Below are positions 1 to 12,270 of a DNA stretch of 64,000 nucleotides, piece after piece. Positions within the stretch are counted from its first letter, which is position 1. Each line of letters begins with the position of its first letter. Under the pieces are notes generated by a model, which had not been told where the DNA came from, made no database searches, and saw only the letters and a program-made list of their open reading frames with translations. Made by a program: the position numbers and the translations under genes. The stretch comes from Marsupella aquatica (taxonomy: Eukaryota > Plantae > Marchantiophyta). The stretch covers positions 3,162,001-3,226,000 of the forward strand of contig OZ316896.1 in assembly GCA_973895155.1 (NCBI GenBank). Direction: 5' to 3'.

Positions 1-699
1 TTAGTTTCTGACGACGTTTTAATTCACGTCTAAGTTATATGCAGATGTTCTTTGTTTGGGTTAAAACGTTAAGCACTTGTTAATTCAACCCTAATTCAAA
101 AAATCAGGGGATAAATACAGTCTTAAAACTAAGCTGGTGAAACTATATATACTTTCCAAATAACTCGAAGGCTTGCCTTTCTCACACTCAATAACATTCT
201 CTAGAAACGGGTTTTGCTAGACTTGATACTGTTTCTATTGGTTTTCTTAAGTCCAAGATCCGGAATTCTTGAAGCCTTTTCGATTCTGAGTTTGACTTGG
301 TCAACCAATGTTCACAGCTCGCCAATCTCGAGACTCGTCCCAGATGGCGTTTCTAAAGTTTTATTAGTAGTTTCGGATCGACAGTCACCGTATTCCGTCC
401 TGCTCATCTCGTGACAACAGATTTCGGATTGGATTTAGGACAAACTTGATCGACTGAAATTGGTGGCTCGAAGATCTATTACATTGTCTCCCGAGAAGAA
501 ATTCTGAGCAAAGAAATAATGTTTGCCTTGATAAATGGTTAGTACAAATTTTCAATTAAATGCTAACACAGGTTGGGTCACTGTACTACGAACGTATTGA
601 AGATTGAGTTGCTCGATAATGCTACGCTATGCAAGCTACCGCAGCCTGAGTGATCAAGGAGTTTGCCATCTGGACCTTCTAAACCTCTACTGCTGCTAC

Positions 700-3600
700 A
701 TTTATAGCTACAGTGAAGGAACAGAACTAAACCCTTATATTGTGTTCTATCTAGAGAACCCGCTTCCTCTTCTCACCGCTAAGATTATGAAGTCAGTGGA
801 TGTAAAGAGTCAATGGCTCGAGATCAGAGAAACATATTCAGTTGTTGTAGTGTTGACGCCTTCATATCCGTCTAAGGCCAACTCAACTTCTTGCTTCGAA
901 TATGGGCCCTGGTCTAATGGACTTCGTAGGTAGTGCTGTATTTTCCAGATTACACAATAACTCGTCAGGCACATGAACTGTAGTCATCATCACCACTGTC
1001 AAGTTGCGTGAGACGTCCCAGTTGAACGGGACCATTAACCGGATAGGCTAACGTGAACTCGGAATCCAATCGACGCAAACAAATATGACAAGTGAGCTCA
1101 GCGTAGATTGAGACAATGGAATCAGCTCTAGCGCTTTATTGACGAGTTCAACACATATATTGATAGCTGTAGAGAATCCAAGAGCTAGAGGCCATTTCTA
1201 TGTACTTCTACACCGGAATTCGCGTGCAGTCTATCAATCAGTACTAATCGTCCAGTCATTGTCCCTGGCGACCGTGAATAGACGAGATTATTGTCTACTG
1301 TTATATACAATTTTTCTTCTAGTCAATCAACGATTCATTGACAAAGAGCAACCGGATTCTTAGGTATCGTTATTCATAAGTATTAGGCGATCAACTCATC
1401 TACTGTATAAATACAAAAAATTATATATCTGGTCTAGTGGGATAATTGGGACTGGCTTATCCACTAATAATCAAATAGCTTTCATTGTCATGTGGCCAAA
1501 AAGCAGGAAATGATCCGAATCGTTCCCTCCTTCAGGTTTCGACATTGCTAGCTGTCCATCTTGGCATTCGTCCCGTGACCGTTTATTGGTATTGTACCAG
1601 CCTTATTTTGACTGCTTCATCGACGCGACATAGCTCCGACTTGATCCAATCTTTTCCTGCTGGGTACATCGTAATCTATGACGCCTCGCTGCAGCTTGGA
1701 CTGCATCCTGTAAGACTATGCAGCATACTGGCACAGGCCAAAGCTGCACAGGTCCTTCGATGGGCACTTGTTGCCGCAAACTCCACAGTTGTTGGGGTCG
1801 TTGATCAAATTCGCGCACTTACCTGTGCAGCAAATTGAACCGAGAGGGCAACTATTCCCGCAGCTTCCGCAGTTAAACATGTCGGTCGTGGTGTTAGTGC
1901 AAATGGATGCACCTGGGAGAAATCCAGTGTTTGGAAGTTTGCAGCAGGAGAGACCAGTTAGGCATGGAACAAGGCAGTTAGTGGACGGTGCAGCTGCCAC
2001 ACCAATCGAGGATGCCTCCTGCCCAGCCAGTCGGCGCCGCACAAACGACGATTCGCCGCACACGCCATCTATGACCACGCCTGCCGCAATAGCCACGAGC
2101 AGGAGAGATAGCAGCGTCCCACGGTAGGCCATCGGATGATCGATTGGACGGAGCTACCGAGCAGCGAGATCGAGGAGTATGTCGAAGAGAACTGGCTGCC
2201 GGGCTGCTGGCACGGAAGCTGACCGAAGAGTGCAGACGATAATGAAGTGCTCAAGCTCGATGTACAGTGGCGATGCTCCAGTAAATCCTTGGTAATATTG
2301 AAGTACTGATATATATAGAGTGCTGCGGCTACTGGGAGTCAGGTTGTGATCGATGAGGTTCTCTCTGGAACTGCTGCCTCTTTTAAACATTCCCTGGACC
2401 ATGCCCGAGAAGCTTACACTCGCTCTCTACATTAGCGAGAGTCGAAAATCTACGTGATTTCTGGTACGAATGCCATGATCGAGTCCGTGGATGCTTTTCA
2501 GAACATTCGAGTACGACTTGCCACGATCATCATCTCAACATTCGCCTGGCTTAATTTCCTGATATTTCGGGAGTCAACTTTTCTGCCTACAACAAAGGAA
2601 CGAATGCACGTACTCGGGAGCGGCCTCGAGAAATGCTTTGCTTCATAAATGGCAGGCGATGAATGAGAAATTTTGAGAGTGTCCACATGATTGATTTCTC
2701 GACGCTCGGTGGACTTTTCGGGTAAATCGTAACTTCATCTTATGTTCCGTGCGTAACAAATGTTTTGTTTCCTTGCCCGATTCTTGTTGAAATATAGTTT
2801 CCCCATTTCGTCGAGGGAATGCGGCTAACGTTATTGGCTAAATCAAAGGAAAGCGGTCATTCATTTAAGATTCACTTTAGCTCACTATCATCCTTTTGCA
2901 ACGACGTGGTCTAAGGATGCTGCGTGATAGAAAGAACGCATTCATAAGGTCGAAAGTAACTTCTCTCAATTCTCCGGGAATTAAATGTGCATCGGCCTGA
3001 ACGGCCCGCAAGATTTTAGTTCAGTTTGCTTTGCTCTTTGACAGACAGGAACGAGCTGATCGAATGATGGAACGAAGCAACAATCTGCGATTACGGTCTG
3101 GGAAGGTACAACTTTTCGTTTGGAAAGTTTTAGGAAGTCATCGGTGACGTTGAAGAAGCATGTGTGATCTGATCGTGGGACGTCGTTACCTATGTACATC
3201 TTGAACGAGAACATCTCATGCTAGTCTGTGAAACTAAACAATTGTGGACATTTAGGTGGGGTGAGTAGTACAGCCTCACTCCTATATGACTTTTACGGCT
3301 GTTGAATGTAGTTCGATCAGGGAGAAGGACTATTTCAGGGTCTCTGCAAAACGGCCCTACTTGGGAACGACGCTTGGTGCGACCCTCGAGCTCGAGCCAC
3401 CAGCTGACGATGATGTGGCCAAAAAAGAGCCGCACGCGAGAGCAGTGTAGTCCAATTGAATCTCCGCAGATCCCTGTCCGCCATGATTCCTGTCCGTCGT
3501 CCAGTTCATGGAAGTGCCTCCAATTAGGTCAGTGAAATTTCCTTGCACTGTGACCGAGACAGTACTCCAAGTCTAGGAAACCTGGTGATCGACTTGTTCC
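700..3600 (+). repeat. Segmental duplicate (STIG1 plus flanks) of ~30420-33340
   Basis: Colinear shared sequence, e.g. ATCAGAGAAACATAT, TTGCTTCGAATATGGG, the STIG1 CDS and ACGACGTGGTCTAAGGA. The 700-1550 part also recurs at ~20010-20735. Boundaries approximate. Confidence 0.8.
1716..2132 (-). CDS. STIG1-family secreted cysteine-rich peptide, subtype A (138 aa)
   Basis: Hydrophobic signal peptide, RRRL basic site, then a STIG1-type Cys pattern: CC...D.FNCGSCGNSC...CC.GKC.NL..DPNNCG.CGNKC....CSFGLCQYA. Intact single-exon ORF. Confidence 0.88.
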   Translation of the reverse strand: MAYRGTLLSLLLVAIAAGVVIDGVCGESSFVRRRLAGQEASSIGVAAAPSTNCLVPCLTGLSCCKLPNTGFLPGASICTNTTTDMFNCGSCGNSCPLGSICCTGKCANLINDPNNCGVCGNKCPSKDLCSFGLCQYAA

Positions 3601-3629
3601 CTGACAGGAATCTGTTCTCCAAGTCTAGG

Positions 3630-3900
3630 AATGATCACAGAACCTTGCATCACTTGTTCTCTGACAAAGTGGTATGGTACGTCGATATGTTTGGTCTTGC
3701 AGTGATGAGTTGGATTGATTGTGAGGGAGATCGATCGCTGGCTTGTTATTCCCACAGATCTACACCTTGTGAACATCTAGTACATTCCAGCCGAGAATTC
3801 CAAGACACTGGACCATTAATTAGAAAGTTTGAACATGTATCCACTTGTAGATTTGCCGTCACTGATATACGTTGTCAGCATAGGAAGAGTCAGAATACCC
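3630..3900 (-). mobile_element. Ty1/Copia RT-RNase H remnant
   Basis: Frameshifted peptides GYSDSSYAD, DGKSTSGYMFKL and HCKTKHIDVPYHFVREQV are typical of Copia RNase H. Confidence 0.8.
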
Positions 3901-4490
3901 AATGAAATGAACTTCAAGACCTGCAATCGAGGTTGGACGCAAACATATGCCAAGGAAGATTGTACCTGGATTGTGAGCAAATTGTCCAAGTCGGGAACAC
4001 TTGAAGATGGGAAACTTGAAGTAAACTGGAGAAGTTTTTTGACGAGAGCAAACACAGAAAGATTGAAGTTCTCGAGAAAAGACGGACAGGAGACACTCCA
4101 GAGAGAACTCATAGTATAATGATGAGAGCACGCTGAAGTGTGAGTTCAAGGTACAATAGTTGACAATGCATGAGAGAGTGACCGCTTGAGTTGGACTAAA
4201 TGAAAGCCCGCTAAAAACTCTTGAAAGACTAATCGTTTATGAGTTTCCGCGACGACCGTTCGCAGGACTATTCGACGAAACTCACTCCCTTTGCCAGCGT
4301 TGTTCGAAGACCATTCCTTCCCCAAACTTTACCGAAATGCCTTGGGACGGTTTGGCGAGCAGTACAGCAAATCTATTAGTTTGGGAATTATTATTATAGA
4401 TGTAAAAAGGCTTAGGTCCATCTTGCATCAAGATCGATCGCTCCATCAGGCATCAAGACTGACTCTGTAGGCAAATGAATCCAACTTGGA

Positions 4491-5660
4491 ATGACGTCCA
4501 AACTTGAGGGAAACTCTCAACGTCTTCTTCCAGCGATCCTTGATCGATGATATAGGTTTGAACAAGGTTATCCCGAAGCTGCAGTGGAGAGACCTGTATG
4601 CCCGGTCGGCAGTGGCTTCAACCTGGTGCCTGGTAATTCTAAGCCGTCAAGCCTACAATTTAAGAGTGCTTCACCATTCTAAAGAGACGTCTGTTCTCGT
4701 CAGATGTGAAGATAATGATGCTCTCTATTCGATGAGAGATATCATGTCGTCCACTTCCTCTTATCCAACATTGCCAGTCAACTGTTCCCAACTTGTAGAT
4801 GCGTGCCATTGGAGGGGAAAATATACATCTTGGGAGGATTGAATTGGGGGACCCTGAGGTCAGTCGTAAGGTCAGGTGTACGTATGTTTCGGACCTCGTT
4901 GAGCAAGGGCAATGGCCTGGACACGGTGTGCAGATATGATATATGCAGGCCAAAGAGGATTCTGCCTGTAGTGTCATGGACGGCAAGATTTTCGTACTTG
5001 GAGGAGTTGATAGGACCGTCGCTGTGGATCACAGGTTTATAACTCCAATGAAGACACTTGGGCTCCGATTAGTCCACCGCCAGCATGCATGGGTTGTTTC
5101 TGATCAAGTTGAAGTTGTTGGAAATGAGTTTTGCATACCACACCTGTAGTGAAATCGCTTCTAGTCTATGATGATAAATAATGATGATTAAGTCGTTTTC
5201 AATCTTGATGAAGTTTTCGACGTTTATAACCCCACCCAGGGACTACTGGAGGAGAGAGAGTCAGTTCCCTGTCAAGTCGAAACCAGTTGTTTGTCATGGC
5301 AAACGGTAAACTCCATCCGATGCGTGATGCGAGTACCCATCGTATAGAAGTCCAGAATGCTGATAAACACTCATGGTCACATTTGCATTCATCCATATTA
5401 ACATCGGGGGGACCAATTGACTCGACCGTGTTGCTGTATTGGAAGTGAAGGATGAGTTGTTAGCTGTAGTGGCCTGGTGGACCAGATGGGCTGCCCGGAG
5501 GGCTGGTAATATCAACGGATATTGTCTTGCTCTAAGTGAAGGCTTCCGTAGTAAAACCGAAGCCATCCGGTGGCAGAAAGCACTTGAGCTGGATTGTCCC
5601 TTCGGAGGGAGATGGATCGAGATCTTCCCCAGATTTTCCATATATCCCATTCAGTTCTGA
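4491..5660 (+). pseudogene. F-box/kelch-repeat pseudogene (type II)
   Basis: Homologous over its full length to 16264-17439 but split across several frames (LNKVIPKLQWRDLY; LEGKIYILGG; MDGKIFVLGG; AIRWQKAL...IYPIQF). Confidence 0.88.
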
Positions 5661-5989
5661 GAGCATTTGGAGGTTGAGTTGTGTTTGAGTTAAGGATTCA
5701 GTTCAATGCACGTTCTCCAAAACTATGTCCGGATACAGTATGATCTGTCTTATTGAGAGCTTTGACGGATCAATGATGCATTAATTTTGCGGCTCTGGGA
5801 GACCAGCCGAAAACTTCAGTCAGTTGTTTGGGACGAGGTTTGTTTGGGACGAGGTGGAGCCTGCATTGATGACGAGCTTGGCACAGAAGTCGTAGCTAGC
5901 TTCGATCCTTTCAAAATCATTGGCATGGTGGGCACCGGCGCAAGATTGTAATCGTCTTTGAAATGATGGTCCTCCCGTTCATTTTTTTC

Positions 5990-6322
5990 TACCATAATTG
6001 CTTTTACGGTTTCAGCCGTGCTCCACCAAAGACTATTTCTGACCATCCTAGTCATGGCATCCATTTTCATTGGAGTAAGAGCAAGTGATCCTGATCCATT
6101 GCAAGATTTCTGCGTGATTTCTGCGTGGTCGATTTGCAAGCATGAGGCCTCTCGCCAATGGCTACGCATGCATACCTGCAAGGAATGCCACAACGGAACT
6201 TAGCGTTCTACGGACTGGCCTACCCTGCCAATCTTACAGGCAACCCGACCTACCGTGCCGCAACGTTCCGATCTGTTCGTCATTGGCCTGCGCTCAACAC
6301 TGGGATTGGCTCTAGCTCGATT
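5990..6322 (+). pseudogene. Germin-like protein pseudogene, 5' part
   Basis: Signal peptide plus SDPDPLQDFCV. The start codon is lost, there are frameshifts, and it is truncated after the H-x-H box region. Confidence 0.75.
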
Positions 6323-6484
6323 GGACATCGATCAACCCTGGCGGAATCATCATGCCACAAACCCACAACTTGGCCACCGAGATGTACAAAGCTGGTGAAA
6401 CATCTTCCATATGACAATGGCGAAGAATCTTCCGACTGTATGTATATATGCTGGGACAAGTAGAGACTCTGTGCAACACAATTT

Positions 6485-6700
6485 TGACATGCGCGCGTAG
6501 CTGTTGGCAAAAGGCCCTCCTGCTTGCAAATCGTCCACGCAGAAATCTTGCAATGGGTCAAGATCACTTGCTCTTACCTAGGATCGTAGGAAAGGGTCTT
6601 TGATGGAGGAGGCTGAAACTGTAAAAGCCATTATGGGAGACAGAAATGAACAGAAGGGCCTTCATTACGAAAACGATTACAATTTTGGGTGCGTCTACTA
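6485..6700 (-). pseudogene. Inverted fragment of germin-like 5' end
   Basis: Minus strand encodes QDFCVDDLQAGGPFANSYA; it is the reverse complement of ~5930-6175. Confidence 0.7.
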
Positions 6701-7199
6701 AAATTGTAAGACTACTAGTCTGAGCTGGGGATGTCACTTTCACGTGGAAAATGGGAACACTCGAAGAAAACTGGACAATGTTTCTGACGAGAGCAAACAG
6801 AAAGATTGAACTTCTTGACAAAAGACCGACAGGAGCTGGCGTGAGCCTCAAACAGGAGAGACTGTGCAGAAAGAACTCAAATTGTAATGATGAGAGCATG
6901 AGTTTAAGTTACAATAGTTGACAAGGAGAGAGTGACGATTTGAGTTGGACTAAATGAAAGCTCACTGTTTAAACTCTTGAAAGACTAATCGTTAATAAGT
7001 TTCAGGGACAGTTAGCAGGACTATTCGACGAAATTCACTCCCTCTGCCAGCATAGTTCGACGACCATTCCTTCCCCAAACTTTACCAAAATGTCATCAAT
7101 GGTACCGTTTGGTCAGCCGTACAGAATATTTTTTTATTAGTTTGTGAATTGTTATTATAACAATAACTAGCCCTAAACTAGCCCCATATCTGTCCATTG

Positions 7200-7600
7200 T
7201 ACAAAAGATATTGATGTGTGACAAGATGTCAAAGCGAGGAAAAGATATTGATAAAAAAAAAAGTTGATGTGAGAGAAAAAGACCAAGGTGACAAAAAGTT
7301 GTCAGGGAGAGAAAGAGAAAAGATGACGAGGTGACAAAGATGTTGAGATGAGGAAAAGATGTAGACTGAGGTGAAAAAGAATTTTGAGGAGAGAAAAAGA
7401 TGTCAAGATGAGAAAAAGATGTTAGGAAGAAAAAAGATGACAAGGTGACAAAAGGATGTCGAGGTGAGAAAAGGATGTAGAGGTGGGAAAGAATGTTGAA
7501 GAGAGAAAAAGATGTCAAGATGGGAAAATATTTAAGGTGAGGAGAAGGTGTCAAGGAAAGAAAAGATGTCAATGCGTAAAATATGTCAATGTGCAAAAAA
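7200..7600. repeat. Purine-rich low-complexity degenerate repeat (AAAAGATG-like units)
   Basis: Recurring AAAAGATG/GTGA motifs. The overlapping F/S/L-rich ORF is a compositional artefact. Confidence 0.6.
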
Positions 7601-9099
7601 TATTGATGATGCACTTAAGTAAATCGAATCATTGTGCAAAAGTAGTTGTGGAGGAAGTCATTCAAGAAAAGAAATATTGTGGAGGAAAAGTTGACTTTTG
7701 AACCCTATTCTCATTATGATTGACTGTGTTGTGCTTGGGTTGGGTTGTAACTACAATTATGTTGTGGTTTTGAAAGTTAGTTGTTGGTTCAATTGGTTTA
7801 TCATTACGGCCATGTGATTGTTGCGGAAGCGTTGTCATTCCAACTGTGTCATTTGTGTACTCATGTTATGGTTGCAAAACTATCATTAAGTGCATGGTTG
7901 TTGTTGCAACACTGTTTTCATTTTAGTCAATGTTGTTGTTGTGAAAGTGATGGCGCGCAAGACCTGTAAGAACATCCAAGGCATTGTGGGATCCAGGTGG
8001 GTTGCTCCGTGCTATATGGAGAGAGAACAATGATATATTTTGACTTATTCTGCCTCTCTCCATCCCTCCTTTTTTCTTCCCTCCAACACCATTAAAAAAT
8101 AGAATTTTTGGAGGGGGAAGAAAAGATAACATTAACCTCCAAAAATTGAAAAATCCATTGAAGAGCCAAGAGCCAAAACCTTTCTTATGTGGATCACTTC
8201 CCCTTTATTCCCTCCATGCCAATCATCAATTTGTTCCTCCTTTAATGCTCTATAATATTTTATGCACTATATATACGCTTTAAACCCTAGCACATGTACT
8301 AAAGCTTGGTTTCTCGTTTAATGCTTTATACTAAAACTACTTTATGCATGATTGTACACTGTCTGGGTTTCTTCTTTTTCCATATGAAATAGTGGTGGAC
8401 CTTGCCACCCAGCACCCTCAACAATCCCAGCACTCACGTCTAAGTGCCCCTGGTGCCCGAACGCCCCCACGGAATACCTCGAGCAAGCAATCTAGCGCCC
8501 CTTGCACCGCCGGCGGCTCCTCCCATACGAAGCCGCACTTGCTCTCCAACACGACCGCTACTCAACGGTCCTCATCGTCTGCACAAGCAACCAAGCACCT
8601 CGGTAAGTAACCCTTCGGGATCTAGAACTTGCCAAGTCTAGCATCCTAACTCAAGCTCAACAGACATTGGTAAATAGGTCAACGATAGGTCCTCCCGATG
8701 CCATAAGCCAGAACCAGAACCCACGCCCACTGTTTGTCTAGAACAGCTCCTTCCTTGGGCGCGGCCCAGGTTCCCCCTTGTACCTATCCATCACCAACTG
8801 ACCGCCCTGACCCCACGACATGCTCATGGCCCAAATAGCGTAGCTTGTCCTAAAGCTTGTCCCAAGCTTGTCCCGACAAGCCGGGACCAGAATGGCCCCG
8901 ACTCTAGCAACCAACTCTCGGTTCGCCTCACTGATGGTCTAGGGGCCGAACACTCTTGGGACTCGACCTCCACACCTACTTGGCCTTGTCTCCCCAACGC
9001 AAGCTCCCTTGGGAGACTGAACACGGCTTGGCTGCTGTTTGGCAGGATTTGGCAAGCGGGCGAGTTAACACTCGCAAACCCCGAGAACCCATGGTGCCA

Positions 9100-10410
9100 A
9101 GTACAAGACCGCGATGCGCACAAGGTTCGGATCCTATGAGTTTTTGGTTATGTTGTTCGGGTTGTGTAATGCAACCGCAACGTTCGTGAAGATGATGAAT
9201 ACCATCTTTCATGACTTGTTGGACCAAGGAGTGGTCATCTTCATTGACGACATCCTAATCTACTCGAAACCGTTGGAGGAACATGAGCAGTTGCTCAGAG
9301 AAGTGTTTCTCGCCTTTGTAAGGCTCGTCTCTTTGCTAAACCTAGCAAGTGCAAGTTTGCGATGAACGAGATTCAGTTCCTCGGCCATACCTTTACCCCG
9401 GAGGGGATTACGCCTAGTCAGGACAAGCTTAAGGAGATCAAAGAATGGGAGCGCCCGTCCAATGTAAGGCAGGTTAGAGTCTTCTTAGGATTTACGGGGT
9501 TCTATCGGAGGTACATGAAAGACTATGCAAGGATTGCGAGGCCCCTAAACGCACTAACGTTCAAAAACAAAGTGTTCGTGTGGACACAGGATTGCAAGTT
9601 AGCATTCCTAGAACTTAAGCAGTTAATGATAACCCCGCCGGTTCTAAAGTTACCTGAGATGGGGAAGCCGTTTGAGATTTGGACAAATGCAAGTGATTAT
9701 GCCATTGGCGCCTGTCTTCACCAAGATGGGCGTCATGTGGCCTTTGAGTCATGCAAGTTGGAAAATCATTGGATCACACCGGAAAGGGAAATGTATCCAG
9801 TGATCTATGCGTTGGAGAAGTGGGAGATTTACCTTAAGAACAGTCCCAAAGTGGTAATCTACAAAAATAGCTTGTCGGCCGGGTACTTCAGTTCTAAGCC
9901 AAGACTGAACCCCAAGGAAATGCGTTGGCAGATGTTCTTGGCGGATTTTGATTTCAAAGTCTGCCACGTTCCAGGGAAGACAAACACGGCAGCTGACACA
10001 TTATTGCGTAAGGACCAGCATCGTGTCAATGGAATCACAATGCTTGAATCCGAGTGGCCAAAGGTTCTGGCCGCAACGTATGGGGATGACAGGTTAGCTA
10101 AGGAATGGCAAAGCAATGGGGGTAGCCAAGGCAAGGTAAGGCACGTGTCATTGGGGTTGGATATGACGCATGATAATGTTCAGTTATGGCGATACAAGCA
10201 GAGGCGTGTGTACATGTACCAGAGTCTCTAAGGTTAGAGGTTCTACAAAAGTACCACGACTCGCCATGGGGAGGGCATGGAGGACAAGCCGCTACATATC
10301 GCAGCATGTCGCGAGATGTGTATTGGCCGGACATGAAGCAATCAGTCCTTCGCCATACAGTGCAAAGTTGTTACTCGTGCCAAAAGAACCAAACCGTCTA
10401 TAAACATGAA
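9100..10410 (+). mobile_element. Ty3/Gypsy pol fragment (RT, RNase H, integrase zinc finger), frameshifted and truncated
   Basis: [67 protein letters not shown], and YHDSPWGGHGG...CYSCQ (H2C2). Confidence 0.93.
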
Positions 10411-10949
10411 GCCTTAAATGATGAGTAACAAGCCCAAACTCTAGGCACTCTAGTAAAAAAATTGTAGAAAGAAAGAAAAAGGCCAAAAAAAGGCCACAAA
10501 TAGTATCCATTTTTGGATAAAATTATAAAATATATTGGAAGTCCTGAAATGGCACATCCTTTTCACCACTTCAAAATCACCAAATGATCTCAACTTACTT
10601 TCAATTAAAACTCTACCTCTGATTTTAGTATGCCAATTGAGCAATTTCACTCCAGACATGATTTGTACTTTTAATCAACAATTAAATTAGGTCCACAATT
10701 CATTAAACATGAGAAAACTTAAAATCATGAAATATGATATCTTCTTGTCTCTCCACAAATGCAAGGGCCAGCGCCGGTCATTTCTATTCAAAAACACATT
10801 GTTTTCCATTTCAATCATAAAAATAGACTTTTATAAAATATTGTCACCATGAATTCATGAACTAATAAATTCGATCACATCTCAATCTTCAAAACCTTTT
10901 CCTTTTATGTTTATGTAATGTACACGTAACAAACTACTACAAAAACTAA

Positions 10950-12270
10950 TTACTCTGAATCAGAACTTATCGAGTCTTCAGCCAAAATATCTCTAGAATG
11001 ACTTACTTCTGATGTTCTAACTGACCTAGCCTCTTGTACTTGGTCTTTCTCTTCCGCTAGGAATTCGGCCAACCGAATTTTGATTCTATTTACGGTTTTC
11101 TTGTACAAGGTGTCTGACTTTGTCAACATGAAATTATAGGCGAAGACAGTTGTAGATGATAAATCAAGTTCCTGGTGAAACCATATAGGTTTTAGAGTAC
11201 CTTTACCCCGTCCACTTTTTTTCTTCTCGTAATTCAAGACTTCCGGTAAGTACTTTGCTTTCCAAGGATCTGATCCTGTCTTTGCAGCATGCCAAAGAAC
11301 ATAGATAATTTTTGGAATATTCAACTTGTCACGAAGAACAATTCTTTCCACCTTGGCCACCCAGAATGTTTGCGACTCTTCTCCAGCTACAGAAATGAAA
11401 GTGTTGACTTCAAGATCTGAAAAATCTCCTTCCATGTTCTCCTTCTCTGCATCAATTTTTTCCTGGTTCCGATAAGGACCAACATATATATCTCGAGTAG
11501 GGCCATAAACTCTCTCTTCCATTTCTTCTTCATTCAAGAGAACACCTGGAACTTCAACATCAGCAATGGTCTCCCCTTGAGCTTTAGGCCACCGAAAAGG
11601 AAATTCGAGTTGCCTTTGATTGTTGAGCAAAGCTTTATTGAATTCTCGTTGTTCCTCAAAAAACCTTGTCCACCAATTGACTTCCTCTTCGGAAAATAAT
11701 GTTTGAACTGCAAATATACCCTTCTGAATGTCGTTCAAGCAATCATCCATCTCAGTAGAAGTCATATTTGAAGAACCTGACAAATTTGGTTGAGTCCTTG
11801 TGCCGTTGTCATCGCGTTTCTTCTCTCCCTTCTTGAAAAGGGGGATTCCGGGAGCACATCCCATTATCTTTTGTGGCTCCTCTTCCCTCAAGAACTTCAC
11901 CCCTCCGTCTGGTCTCCAGGTAGAATCTGTGGAGAATTTTTTCCCCCATTGTGTTGGAACATGATCTGGTAAGTTGTCAAATGCAAATTTGTATTGATGA
12001 TGAAAGGTAACATTCCGTATCCTCTCAATGACTAAATCAGGATCTGAGAATGCAAATTGACGGAAATCATATGTTTCCTTTAAGAGGGTGATGTCTGGTT
12101 GGGGTTGATAAGACTCACGAATGATGTCACACAAGCTTTCATATGTAAAAGCTTTAAACCTTGCTAGCCGTTTAGAAAAATGGCTAAACATTTGATCTAT
12201 TTGGTCGTGAGTGTGTCCAACAAGTAAAAATCCTAGTTTAATTTTCCGAAATATTCCGAAGAGACTCTGT
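10950..12270 (-). mobile_element. DUF7869-type putative DDE transposase, C-terminal exon (open ~440 codons)
   Basis: GIFRKIKLGFLLVGHTHDQIDQMFS matches the F(L)xVGHTHxDIDQxFS motif of DUF7869 transposase-like proteins. A polypyrimidine/AG acceptor lies near 12270. No upstream exons recognised. Confidence 0.6.

Noticed and set aside
1-419. Possible 3' end of an LTR ending ...GTGACAACA
   Set aside because: The other end and any TSD lie outside the window, so it cannot be supported.
1768-2127. Antisense ORFs over all four STIG1 genes
   Set aside because: Shadow frames of GC-rich coding sequence with no recognisable domain.
7096-7701. 172-aa hydrophobic ORF and opposite Lys-rich ORF
   Set aside because: Artefacts of purine-rich low-complexity sequence.
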